A stretch of 53,814 nucleotides of DNA, counting the filler, from Catajapyx aquilonaris (taxonomy: Eukaryota), in assembly GCA_000934665.2 (NCBI GenBank). It is 3 parts of 3 records of this genome, joined end to end, with 100 filler letters (N's around TTAATTAATTAA, not from the genome) between each part and the next. Parts side by side here need not be neighbours in the genome. Positions count along the whole stretch, not along the records: positions 35,688 to 53,814 come from JYFJ02006874.1; 2 more parts are not named here. One strand, written 5' to 3'. The notes beneath the pieces are model-generated. The model did not search any database and had not been told where the DNA came from. It worked only from the letters and a program-made list of their open reading frames with translations. The translations under genes and the position numbers were made by a program. Of this stretch, positions 38,811 through 50,154 are shown piece after piece (positions within the stretch are counted from its first letter, which is position 1; every line of letters starts with the position of its first letter).

Positions 38811-39070
38811 CAGAGGTTCCCAAACTGTGTAAAGCGTAAGCAGAAAAAATTCTGGGGTGGAGGGAGGGGGGGGGGGGGGGCAGCGCCATACTAGTACATG
38901 GGTATAGGCGAGGGGCGAAAGGGCGCCGCAGGCGAAAAAATTTTGGGTTCAAGGTCACACAAGCTACTGAGAGATTTGAATGGGTATAGCTTATTGAATA
39001 ATTCCTTTTTGTCCCAACCTCTTCACAGAGGACTTGGAGAAGCTCCACGGAGCACCGTTGGGAACCTCTG
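38811..39070. mobile_element. hAT MITE nested in the P-like element
   Basis: TIR CAGAGGTTCCCAA; perfect 8-bp TSD AATTAGAG; empty site visible in the paralog at ~37622. Confidence 0.92.
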
Positions 39071-39252
39071 AATTAGAGGGTGTCATGGGCCTCTGATGCA
39101 TTGGTATGACGAAATTCACGGAAATGTCTACAAAAACGTGCTCCCACCATAGCCCGCTTATGGAAAAGCTCGCCTCCTAGCATGACGTCACAGCGTTCCA
39201 CCTGTTTCCGCGCCCCGGCCTTGGCCATGATCAAACAGCTAGTATTCTGTCT

Positions 39253-39487
39253 GGCGGCACGGTGGTGGTGTGGTTATTGTCACAGCCTTCCACCTCTGCG
39301 GTCCTGAGTTTGAACTTATGCGAAAGGACTTTGGGTTGGGTTCTCTCCGTGTTCGTGTGGGTTTTCTCAGGGTTCTCTCGTTTCCTCCCACTTTCAAAAC
39401 CCCATCAGAGTACAGGCCAATGATTAAAGTCGGGTATTTAAAAGACGATCCCCTAAAAGGCCCAAGGAGGCCTATTATGCCGTATCC

Positions 39488-39536
<49 letters not shown>
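39253..39536 (+). mobile_element. tRNA-derived SINE with V-domain-like core and (ATT)16 tail
   Basis: A box GGTGGTGTGGTT, degenerate B box, GTGTGGGTTTTCTCAGGGTTCTCTCGTTTCCTCCCAC core, (ATT)16 at 39489-39536. Confidence 0.75.
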
Positions 39537-39538
<2 letters not shown>

Positions 39539-39539
<1 letters not shown>

Positions 39540-40327
39540 CCCTTCGGCCCCAGATCGGCCCGAACCACACAGTTTTTGGCTTACGAGTACTCCGAAGATA
39601 CGGACAAGATATTTTGCAAATAATAACAGCTATACTTACGAGATCTGGGAAAACCCTATGAATGTGTCTGGAACCATTTTACTCGTCTAGAAGTCCCTAA
39701 ATTAATTTCCAAAAAAGGGCTACAATAACTCGAAATTGGACTACTGCCGCCCAACTTTCTGGCTGATTTGATTATGAAATGCGTGAAAATATGCGGAATA
39801 ACAACCATGAGAACCATGCCAGACGAATTTGCTGAAATCGTCGTACTTTGCGAGAAATAAATTCATATTTATTTGCGGCTTTCTAGCACTTAGGAAAACT
39901 CCTAAATGAGTATGAGATGAATTTTCTGAAATCGTCGTACTTCATGAGAAACAAATAAATTTGGGAGTTTTCCGAAGTGCCAGAAAGCCGCAAATAAGTA
40001 TTAATTTATTTCTCGCAAAGTACGACGATTTCAGCAAATTCCTCTGGCATGGTTCTCATGGTTGTTGTTCCGCATATTTTCACGCATTTCATAATCAAAT
40101 CAGCCTAAAAGTTGGGCGGCAGTAGTCCAATTTCTAGTTATTATAGCCCTTTTTTGGAAATTAATTTAGGGACTTCTAGACGAGTAAAATGGTTCCAGAC
40201 ACATTCACAGGGTTTTCCCAGATCTCGCAAGTATAGCTGTTATTATTTGCAAAATATCTTGTCCGTCTCTTCGGAGTACGCGTAAGCCAAAAACTGTGTG
40301 GTTCGGGCCGATCTGGGGCCGAAGGGG
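39539..40327. mobile_element. 789-bp palindromic piggyBac-type element
   Basis: TTAA-CCCC...GGGG-TTAA; ~369-bp arms (39539-39907, 39959-40327) around a 51-nt loop. Confidence 0.9.
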
Positions 40328-40478
40328 TTAACAGATAGGATTCTGTTTGGGAAGTTTCCTGTGTAGAGGAAACAGCCTTTTTGTATTGCTTGCCTTATGT
40401 GCATTTTTGAAATGCTGATTTATTTTTTATGCATGTGTTTTATTTTGTTTTATTTATTTTAATAATTTTATTCAACAG

Positions 40479-40675
40479 CTAGTAGTGCATGGACTGCATC
40501 CAGTTCTGATTTCGACCAGTATTTAACCATTGATCTTCGGCATGTGATGAATGTTACGGGCATTGCAACCCGTGGCAGACCACATTCATCTGAATTTGTC
40601 AAGGAATTTACCATCAGCTATGGCAGCAATGGCTTAGATTTTGCTGATTACAAGGAGGTTGATGGAAGTGCGAAG
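40479..40675 (+). CDS. Nrx-IV: Neurexin IV discoidin (F5/8C) alternative exon A (exon-3-like)
   Basis: T-rich tract plus CAG; SSAWTASSSDFDQYLTIDLRHVMNVTGIATRGRPHSSEFVKEFTISYGSNGLDFADYKEVDGSAK; AAG/GTTAGT; 197 nt, phase 1-0. Confidence 0.88.
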
Positions 40676-42039
40676 GTTAGTGTATTCTGTTGGCTGTTCA
40701 ATTTTTTGTTAGTTATGATTTTTCCTTTTTTTTGTCTCACAACCAAAGTAACTTGTTCCAGAGTATCTTGTTTCCGATTTGAAATCGATTAACCCGATCG
40801 CGAGTTATGAAGTTGGGAAATTAACATTGGGAGCGTAGCAATTCCCCACTATTCCTTTTTCGTGGGGCAACCGGCAGGGAGGAAGAATAGAAAAAGTAGA
40901 AAAAAATAATTCTATATGGTCGGTGGTAATCCACTCCCCTATAAGCCCTAATCGAGCTATCACGGGGTAATAGAAATAAATAAAATAAAATATACCCTTA
41001 TGAAAATATTCAAGAAAATCTGAGTTGGTCGAGCCACCACGTTCCCTGAATTGACGTGGAATGACCCATATCTTTCATCGGCGATGTATTTTTGCATTGA
41101 TCACTCCAGTTTCGACATCTCAGCATTCCTCAACCTTGGGGTCGATCGGGATGGCAACAAATCAATTATTTTTACAAAATGGCTTCGTCGTTCTTTAAAA
41201 ATGCCCGGAAGGCTGTTCTTTCCCATTTTTTCCGTTCGCGACCCCAGATAATTGTCTAGTAAAATTCCCGACCCTCCTCATGTGCACATTTTGATCCTCC
41301 AACATGAAATGACAGGTAAACAGTGAAATGAAAAGCATTTAAAACTAGTGTCGAGTACCGGTATCTGAATTGTTCTGTAACTTATTACCTTATGGCCATA
41401 ATTTACAAGAGATCTAGAATAATTTCATGGAAATAATTTGTTACCCTCCCTCCCCACAGTTTGTTAACCCCTGTTGTAAGATAAGCTACAGAACAATGCA
41501 GATATTCGGCAGTAATAACGATTGTCATGTTGGTGGATAAAAATGTTGCATTCCTGGCAGGTGATGCGAGAGGTATGCTAGTGCGGACGTGTGGAGGTTG
41601 GGTGGGTTAAATTTAAAAGGGGGGGGGGGGGGNCCCCCCCCCCCCCCCCTATTCTTAGATTGATTTGCTTAAATCTTGATTATTGGTTTAAATCTTAATT
41701 AAATCTTAGATTCTTAGCAAAATCTAATTCCATATACAGACATGTCACGACAACCCTGTACTTGCGCACACCCCGCACACAAACCAAGCTACATTTAAAA
41801 TATATATATGAGGGATTCCACGTCAAGCGGGACACTTTCCGACAAATCTTGGAGGACCTTGACCAAAATTTAATAACATGTACTACTCATCGACCTATGC
41901 AGGAACAAAAATTATTATACCTCTGCGTTGCGTGGTTGCGTAACCACAGGGTGTCAAATATGACCATTTTCGAGCATTTTTGCTACGTTCGCGGTCACTT
42001 TGACGGCCATATCTCCTAGAAGGTCAGGTCAAATATAAC

Positions 42040-42590
42040 ATTTGATATGTGCATTCGAAGGGGCGTTTTACTCTCTATGAGATCGTCGTGTTCATATTTA
42101 AGAAATCCAAAAATGTAAAGTCAAAGATGGCGCCAGAAACTTTGATTTTGACATTGCTTATTGATGGCCCCCTACCACTTCTTTTGAATGGCACTTAAAA
42201 TGACAAGGGCAATGTTTACTTCACATTTCCGAAAAATCTGGAGAACCCTTTTTCGATATTTGCCGACAATAATAACTTTTTTGGTTCCAAACGCCTCCCG
42301 TAATATAGTCACCTCATTTGGTGGACCATAACTCGGAGAAGCTCATGTCAAATCTTATATTTGATATGCGTATGGGAAAGGTATTTTTATGCTCCAGGAG
42401 ATGGTCTTACCCAAAATTGAAAAATCCAAAAATTTAAAGTCAAAGATGGCGCCCAAAACTTTCATTTTGAGATTGCTTATTGATGGCCCCTTACAATATC
42501 TTTTGGATGGCACTTAAAATGATCAGGGTAATGTTTAATTGACATTTCCGCAAAATCTGGAGAACCCTTTTTTGATATTTGCCAAATATA
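42040..42590. repeat. Diverged ~319-bp tandem duplication, probably a transposon subterminal repeat
   Basis: AAATCCAAAAAT.TAAAGTCAAAGATGGCGCC...CTGGAGAACCCTTTTT occurs twice (CAAAGATGGCG at 42122 and 42441). Confidence 0.75.
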
Positions 42591-43021
42591 AAAATATTTT
42601 AGTTGCAAGACGTGTAGCGTAAGAGTAGTCACCTCAATATTGGTAATGAAATTACTCCAAATGTGTTGGGTTAAATATTCATGCTACAGATCGTGAGAAT
42701 TCCAGATTCTAGCGCTCTATATGGGTAATAATAAATAGCAATTTTAGTGACATACTAAAAAGATAATTCGCATGAAGTTATAACAGAAGCGCCCATTTTT
42801 AAGCCCCTGTTTAACTTTATGCGGATTATCTTTTTATTAGGCAATAGCGAAATCGGTATTTGCATTATATTCTATGTAGTGTTAGAATCAGGCATTCTAT
42901 TGATGTGCAACATGAATATTTAACGCAACATATTTGGAGTAATTTTATTGCTAATTGATGTGACTACTCTTATGCTACACGTCTTGCAACTAAAATATTT
43001 TTATATTTGGCAAATATCAAA

Positions 43022-43392
43022 AAGAAGTAATCAGGTGGCGTAAGATCGGGCGACCGCGGTAGCCACAGTCCCTTCGAAATGACTCGGTCGCCGAAAAAGG
43101 GCTTTACTTCGGCCATGCTGACATGTGATGTGTGGCATGTCGCCCCATCCTGTTGACAGGTTTGGGCCATGTTTGGATCAGGAAGCAAGGACATCCGCTG
43201 CGCGCCACTGCTCAGGTGTCGTCTGGCCGATTCGTCGCTCCAGCGTCAGTATTACAGCACCCACATTTGCCAGACCCATTCCAATTTCTTTCTCACGTGT
43301 TGAGGTTGCTTGAGTTCAAATTCCGTTGCAATATCTTCATTTGTGTTACAGTTATTAATAATTCTGGGTAGCGTAATTTGTGGGACACCCTG
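43022..43392 (-). pseudogene. Tc1/mariner-superfamily transposase remnant with CAGGGTG end
   Basis: QQDGATCHTS...FFGDRVISKGLWLPRSPDLTPPDYF (DGAxxH and WPPRSPDL motifs); TA-CAGGGTG terminus at 43392. Confidence 0.82.
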
Positions 43393-43757
43393 TAATTTGA
43401 GATGAATGTACTAAAGGTCGTGGTCCATGCCGGTTTCCGATAATTCGGATAATAATCGGCTCAAAAACACGTATCAACGTAAATAAGCGTGTATGTGTTT
43501 GGGAACGTTTACATGTGCACACGTTTGGAAACTTTTACACGTGGGCGGTGCTACGGTTTTCCGGTGAAACGTTTCATTGAACCTATACGAAACGAATAGC
43601 GTAGATAGGAGGCGAGCAAAAAGATAGGAATTGTAGGATGCTGGCAAACAATGATATTTGGCCCAAAGGTGCCATGATAGTGTGAAGAAGTGAAAGCTAG
43701 AATGGAATAATAAGCCCTCATGTGAGATACATTTGAATGTTTCCATTTTGCAATTAC

Positions 43758-44350
43758 AGTAAATCTTCCATAAGTCGAATCTCCATGGGTAAAAACTTCG
43801 AGTTATAGAAGATTCGAGTTAGAGAAGTTTGGAATTTTTTAAGCACACTACTCTATAAAGAAGCCTATCTTTATATCCAGCGAAGAAAGGCATTCAAAAC
43901 TTAAAAATAACTGTCACTATCACACTTACAATGTTCCTCGTTGTTTTGGTGTAAAAAAAACCCTCGTTATGGACATTTGCCTACTCTTAGATTCAAGGAT
44001 TCAATTGTCACAATCGAGTCAAACACTTCTTTCGGTACGTCTGGTAGACGGAGATCAGGAAATTGAGCCTTTCTGTGCATGTGGCCTACTCTGGACCCTT
44101 CGGCTGGGAAATGAGAAAATTTTCCGTACTCGCCAACATGAACTTGGACTTAGGGAGACTGAAAATGCATTGATATCCCATCGTAAGGCCCTGCCTGCAC
44201 TTCGAGTTATGGAGAACTTCGAGTTATAGAAATTCGAGTTAGGGAAGTTTATTTCCTATTATTTTACATTGTGACCAACCAAGCTCATCATTTTCTTCGA
44301 CTTATAGAAAACTTCGACTTAGGGAAGTTCGACTTATGGAAGTTTTACTG
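43758..44350. mobile_element. pogo/Tigger-like MITE
   Basis: TA-CAGTAAA(T/A)CTTCCATAAGTCGAA TIR; subterminal TTCGA(G/C)TTA repeats. Confidence 0.82.
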
Positions 44351-44408
44351 TATCAGTTCTCAAGTTCCCATGGATATGCCATTATTCATATCACGATTTC
44401 ATATCGAG

Positions 44409-46440
44409 AACGTTGCTAAACTCAGGGGCTGCCACAGCAGGAAGTAAAGAAAGGAAGGAATTGTTGAAAAATTGTTGGATATTAATATGGGGCTCAAAAA
44501 GGGAAAATATTGTCAACAAGAAATTACATGGTCCAAAAAAACATTGTGTTGAAACTTCATGGTGTCAGTAGTGCGCGGTCATGATACGTCGGAGGTGCCG
44601 ATAGATAGGCTGCGTAAATCGTGCCATCTATGCTTATCATCCAGCCCACCAGCTCAAATTGCATTTCCGCCACTCTGGAAAGTCAGCACTAGGTTCCTAT
44701 GCACCTAGTTAAGGTGGAAATGAAGCTAGAGTCACTCAATGAGAATTTTATGAAAAAAACATATGTTACGCAGTTTTGTGTCCTCTTATCAATGGTGCAA
44801 AGAAAAAGACACGTCACCGTGCAAATTAGCGAACTAGAGGGCTCAGAAGTTCGCGATTTAACATGGGCCCTTATGGCAGAATTTTCAATAGTCCACAAAA
44901 AAATTATAAGCAAATGAGAATTTTAAAATTTAATGTGGAATATGTCGGGAATTATATACTGATCGTAACCGCAAAAAGAAAAACCTGCCTCACCGTGCTC
45001 TTTCAATTTGTATTGCTGAAAAACGATCCGAAAATGATCCAGTGACGTCACATTGCTCCACTCGAGTGAGGACGTGGCAACACAGCGTTGTTTACGGTAG
45101 CGAGATACGGTTGCATACGACCGCGAAATATGAGTGCAAGTTAGTATGATGGTTTTCACAATGGCTCACACAGGATTTTCGTTTGCCGGGGGTGTTTGTC
45201 AGACATCAGAACCGTTATATTAGTTTATATAGTTATAGTTATAATACAATAATCGAATCATTCGAATCCACCCGGCAATGACGTCACATTGCTACGCGAT
45301 AATTGGCCCGGAGCTTTGCTGCGTTGCCGCTTCTATCTGTCACCCGCGTACCAACTGAACGTGTTCCAAATCCGACACAAATGAAGAGCTACAGGCTCCC
45401 CTTTCGGAACTAAACTTTTAAAAATGCCAAATGCCATGACAAATTGGGACCTCGTAATTACGACCGCATAAAATCGATTTCCATCAAAAATAACAAATAT
45501 TAAGTACACCTCCAAATACCATGTTTACGTTGGCAGTCGTGAAAATTGCGCCTGCGCACAAAAACTTGCAGCCGGTAATAGGCCCATATTAAATCGAGTT
45601 TAAAACGCAGATTTGAATGGAATGCATAGGATTGAGCAGCATTTACTGCTGCTTCGGTTGCGTATGATTCCCTGATTTTAGCCCTTCTTATTAACATTCC
45701 AATTCTAGACTCTCATTTGATTAGCAAGTCGCTTCATTTCCACCTTAAGCAGTAAGTACCACGAGAATGGTGTACGCTGCACCCGCCTAAATTACACAGT
45801 TACCCAGAGAAGTAACACTGAAACCATATCACACTTGTATAATAGATTATACAGTTCCTATGGCTAGTGGAGGTGGACCTGGAAGACCAATAAAGGTCAT
45901 TAATAAGCAAGATGTTGAACTCCTTCGTGCTAGAGGTTTCAAATGGGTGAAGATTGCCTCGATCCTTGGAGTGTTGTCGCGCACAATGTGCACATTCCGG
46001 CAGGAGCAACATATGGGCATTGGTGAGGTTGCCTTCGACCAGTTGAGCGACAGTGACTTGGATGAAGCCTTGCAGAAAATTTTTGAGCTACATGGCAATG
46101 GCACCACAACCATGTGCTGGTCCGACCTAGGACAGGAGGCCTACCCACCTGGCAGGCTGGATAATAAGCATAGATGGCGTTATTTACGCAGCCTATTTAT
46201 CGGCACCTCCGACGTATCGTGACCGCGCACTACTAACATCACCAATCACTCCGACACGACTGCAAGAAAATATATGAAATTTGCTTGACCATGACATTTC
46301 TACACCATGTTTTTTGTACCATGTAATTTCTTGTTGACAATATTTTCCCTTTTTGAGCGCCATATATTAATTCAAACCACTTTCAAACAATGACTTGCTT
46401 ACTTCCTGCTGTGCTGGCAGCTGCTGAGTTTAGCACCGTG
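44409..46440 (+). mobile_element. ~2-kb element with ~240-bp TIRs and truncated HTH transposase-like ORF (IS3EU-like)
   Basis: 44409-44650 is the reverse complement of ~46150-46440; internal ORF 45860-46222. Confidence 0.65.
45860..46222 (+). pseudogene. Truncated N-terminal helix-turn-helix of a transposase
   Basis: GRP-x-I...ELLRARGFKWVKIASILGVLSRTM...LSDSDLDEAL is an HTH plus SDxELD pattern seen in eukaryotic IS3-like transposases; the ORF runs into the right TIR. Confidence 0.55.
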
Positions 46441-46888
46441 CTTATTGGTGTCTTGCGCCCCTCTTTTTTACACTTCCTATCGGTGTAAATTCAATGCATC
46501 CGTCATCCATATGATGGTCACCTCACACATGGGTTCGTATCGTCATTCGGGGGGGGGGGGGGNGGGGATTGCATGGAATTTCGATGGATTTGTAAGTAAA
46601 CTTGCCAGACAAATTAGAAACCTGACATCCAATCAGCACACGTGCAGTGAAACCTGCCCATTTCAGACCCTGGTGATAGTGGAAACCTATCCATTGCGGA
46701 AATTTTTCTGTGGGGAATGGGCATATGCATGGGCATGCAATGTATTTATAGACTGATGTAGCGGAATCTGCCTAACATGGAAGGGATTTCTGTCTCCTCT
46801 CAGAGAAAATCTCTGTTCATAACGGAAATCACAGCCCTACACCATACGTCCATACTGTGTCTCATAATTGCTGAAATAAATTTCTGAC

Positions 46889-47344
46889 CATGGCCAGGGA
46901 GCATATACTACATAAGAGGCGCAAACATTCGATTTTTGCGTCTCTCTGTTTATAGGGCGTTGCCAAGGCTGGCGGCCATCTTGAAGTGTGTGGTGCGCCA
47001 ACGAGGTATAAATAGGGTACAGGCAGGCCGTCAAGGTCCGCGGGGGTCCGCCATCTTTGATGGTTTGGGCTGCCATGGCAATACACGGCAATAACAATTT
47101 ACTTACCCATTCCAATGTCGAATTCAAATTCGCGCGTGTTCTTGCCGTGTAGTTGCCATGGCCACCAAAAGCATCAAAGATGGCGGACCCTATTTTTGCC
47201 TGTACCCTATTTACACCTCGTTGTCGTACCACACACTTCAAAATGGCCCCCAGCCTTGGCAACACCCTATAAACAGAGAGACGCGAACATCAAAGGCGCC
47301 GACAGAAGTTTGCGCCTCTTACGTAGTATATGCTCCCTGCCATG
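46889..47344. mobile_element. Whole-length foldback element with CATGG termini
   Basis: ~200-bp inverted arms (GGGAGCATATACTAC.TAAGAGGCGCAAAC...); no clear TSD. Confidence 0.75.
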
Positions 47345-48185
47345 GCTTTGAAGATATTGGTGAGGAAAGAGAACTTCAGTATTTCTGGTTGGAAAATGAA
47401 GAGACGGCTTGCAGGGGCGGGGGCAGGGGGGGGGGCAAGAAGATTGTGACTCATGATTCATATAGGTGCCCTGCCTTCCTGTTCTGTCCAGTTTTAAAAT
47501 GTCAGGGAATAGGAAGGGGTTGACCCAGGCTCCACGTATTGCCCGTGCCATGGCTGATGGTCCAATAGAGCATGCAAAATTAATAGCCCAAAACTGGTGT
47601 GGCAAAGTTTAGTGCAGTGGTTCCCAACCTGGGGGTCGCGACCCCCTTGGGCCTTGGGGGTCACGAAGCCTTTTGCGGGAGGTTGCGCAGTGGCCGCAGT
47701 AATTTTTACTTGCAAGAAATTTCGAGAGGAAATTTCATCACGAATGTTTAAAAATGTTTTAGGCTAATGTCTACAACACATTAATTAACATCGAAAATAC
47801 AAATTAATTCCATAACAATTGTACCTCTAAAAAGGGTTTACATGTCACAAACCCCAAGAAGGTGGAGCTGCCACTCTGCTCCCCCCACCCCCCCCTCCCC
47901 CTCCCCATGCTATGGCCCTGTGTGACACCCCTTTTACACTTCCTTGGTCTTGTGCAGTGAGATTGTAGATGTGCTATGTCCTCAGTTCCATAACTTATTG
48001 CTGCATGAGTGTAATCACTTCTGAAGATAAACCTCGACTAATATAATATATTTTTCCAAATTAAAATGCTACTTGGGTTGCTCACATTAGTATTTAATAC
48101 TTGGCTTACTCTTACCCACCCTTGTGATATCTTCTGTTCCATTGGTGGTTGGGCTTTCTTGCAACAACTCTTTATCTTCTTACAG

Positions 48186-48382
48186 GTGAACAAGCATGGT
48201 CACCTGCTGAGAACAACTATTACCAATTTATATCCTTTAAATTGCCTCGGCGCACAGATGTGCGATTTGTAGCCACACAGGGTCGCAGTCATTCTGCTGA
48301 ATTTGTTACAGAATATATAGTCCAGTACTCAGATGATGGTGAAAATTGGAGAAGCTATACCACATCAACTGGCAAACCGCAG
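48186..48382 (+). CDS. Nrx-IV: Neurexin IV discoidin (F5/8C) alternative exon B (exon-4-like)
   Basis: CTTCTTACAG acceptor; EQAWSPAENNYYQF...VATQGRSHSAEFVTEYIVQYSDDGENWRSYTTSTGKPQ, close to fly Nrx-IV EFVTEYIVQYSDDGEFWRSY; CAG/GTATTT; 197 nt, phase 1-0. Confidence 0.9.
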
Positions 48383-48998
48383 GTATTTGATATACTGTGG
48401 CATGGCTTGATATTATTTCAGTTATTGCGTGCTAAATTCTCATGCCCAATCAGGACAGCATCTTTCATTTTACTGCATTAATGATTGTTTCACAAATTAT
48501 TTTGTGTTTTCCTTAATTGGAATGTTGAACTTCAAAAAATTAAAGTCTGTGTGGCCCAGCTGCACCACATGTATGGAATAACATCTAGCACCTGTGGAGC
48601 ATCCATGGTACATCTTACGTTAGTGGTCCACAATTGCTATGTTGCAACTTTTGTTGTCAGCAAAAGCAATTGATGTGACATATAACTGTATTGTAATCGT
48701 GTGACTAATTTTACCTTTGCATGTTGGTATTTCCCTTTACTGTATCCAGAAACAGTATTCACATCTCTGAAGGTTATAACCTCACCACTCCATTTCTTCG
48801 GGGTGGCCAAATAATTATGGGTTTGAGCAAGTACATCTGAATTTCCAGCATGTCCAGCACTTCTGTGATCTTAAGCTCAGCTAACCACCACACAACTTGT
48901 GTTTTTCCCTCTGCAGATACGACCTTCAACCATCTACTTATTTTCAAAACAGTTTCCAGACAAATTGTCACATTATTTTGTTGTTGATTTACAACATA

Positions 48999-49566
48999 CA
49001 GGGTGTTCACAATGAACCTTCCTAGTTTCAAAGAGCAGTAAAAAATAGAAATGCAGATATATTTAAGGTTTTTGTTGTTTAAACTGTCTGGAGACTCAAC
49101 AAGTTTCATACTGAATTTTTGGAATAGTCTATGTGATGTGGTGGTGCTCCTGTGGGGGATGCTGTCTAAAGATGCAAACATTGTATCTACAGAGGGAAAA
49201 AACATGTGTGGTGGTTAGCCGAGCTTAAGAAGATCACAGAAGTGCTGCACATGCTGGAAATTTCGCTTTTCCACAACTCCAAGACAGAGAGTATGCAACT
49301 AAAGTGGTCAGCCCTAATAATGATGTGTCCTCCATCACCCCTGACATGACTGAGAGAACCTCAGAGAAGGGAGGTTATCGGCTTAAAGTAGTGATTGCTA
49401 CTAAAGGATCACAAGTGGAAGGCTACTGATTTTGTTTATTTTTTATTTATTTTTTACATAAACTTGATGATTGTACCTTCGCATGTGTACAATTTCGACA
49501 CCATCGTCCGGTAACTTGCATAGTGGTAGCAAGTTGAAACTAGGGAGGTTCATTATGGACCCCCTG
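48999..49566 (+). mobile_element. Internally deleted mariner/maT-like element
   Basis: TA-CAGGG TIRs; N-terminal WLAELKKITEV and C-terminal ITPDMTERT...YRLKVVIATKGSQVE transposase fragments; inverted relative at ~48780-48930. Confidence 0.72.
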
Positions 49567-50154
49567 TATTTTGTATGCATATATCATACAGGGTGATTCT
49601 CTCGAAACTGTACCCAAACATTGCTCAATAACCTTTTAACAATTGTATGGTTCCCGATGAAAATTGACATGTACTTACCTTGTATGTTGCAAAACAAGGT
49701 CTGCCTCGAGAATATACCAAAAACCGTCCCTAGCAACATCCAAGCACTTTTGTTTGCAAGCCTACATATTGGCGTAGTATGTGTGCTAATGTGACATCAT
49801 AATGGAAGCAAACTCCGCCGTTTCGGGGCTAAAGGACGTCAATTGTTCTGGGCTTAATCCTGTATGTGTGACCCTTCAGTAAAGAGTAAACCCAACCTTG
49901 GGTGTCAGATTAATTTCAAAAAAATCTGTGGCCGTCAAGATCACCAGACATGACGCCACCTGATTTATTATTGTGGGGTTTACTGAAGGGCCGCACATCA
50001 TATGCAGGATTAAGCCCAGAACAATAATGACGTCCTCTAGCCCCGAGACAGCGGGAGTTTGCTGCCATTATGATGTCACATTAGCACATATGCATTCTGC
50101 CTGAACCAGGGTGTCTGCGGCGGCATCATGTCCAACACCCTCCCGCCAGCTATA

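Larger units (their letters stand above)
36926..39229. mobile_element. P-superfamily-like non-autonomous element (outer copy)
   Basis: CATGGCC...GGCCATG termini, long imperfect TIRs, perfect 7-bp TSD ATCAAAC. Confidence 0.82.

Noticed and set aside
39239..39623. Poly-isoleucine ORFs
   Set aside because: Translation of the SINE (ATT)n tail.
41619..41649. Poly-G / n / poly-C hairpin and other G/C runs with single n (13245, 36273, 46548)
   Set aside because: Homopolymers at ambiguous bases are likely sequencing or assembly artefacts, so no G-quadruplex or hairpin is claimed.
43790..44345. Short spaced repeats TTCGAGTTA resembling a CRISPR-like array
   Set aside because: Irregular spacing, too short, and clustered subterminally within a Tigger-like MITE (likely transposase binding sites); eukaryotic context with no cas genes.
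48230..48238. ATATCCTTT U12 donor consensus inside Nrx-IV exon B
   Set aside because: Falls within a continuous conserved reading frame whose length matches the paralogous exon; no matching U12 branch or acceptor noticed.
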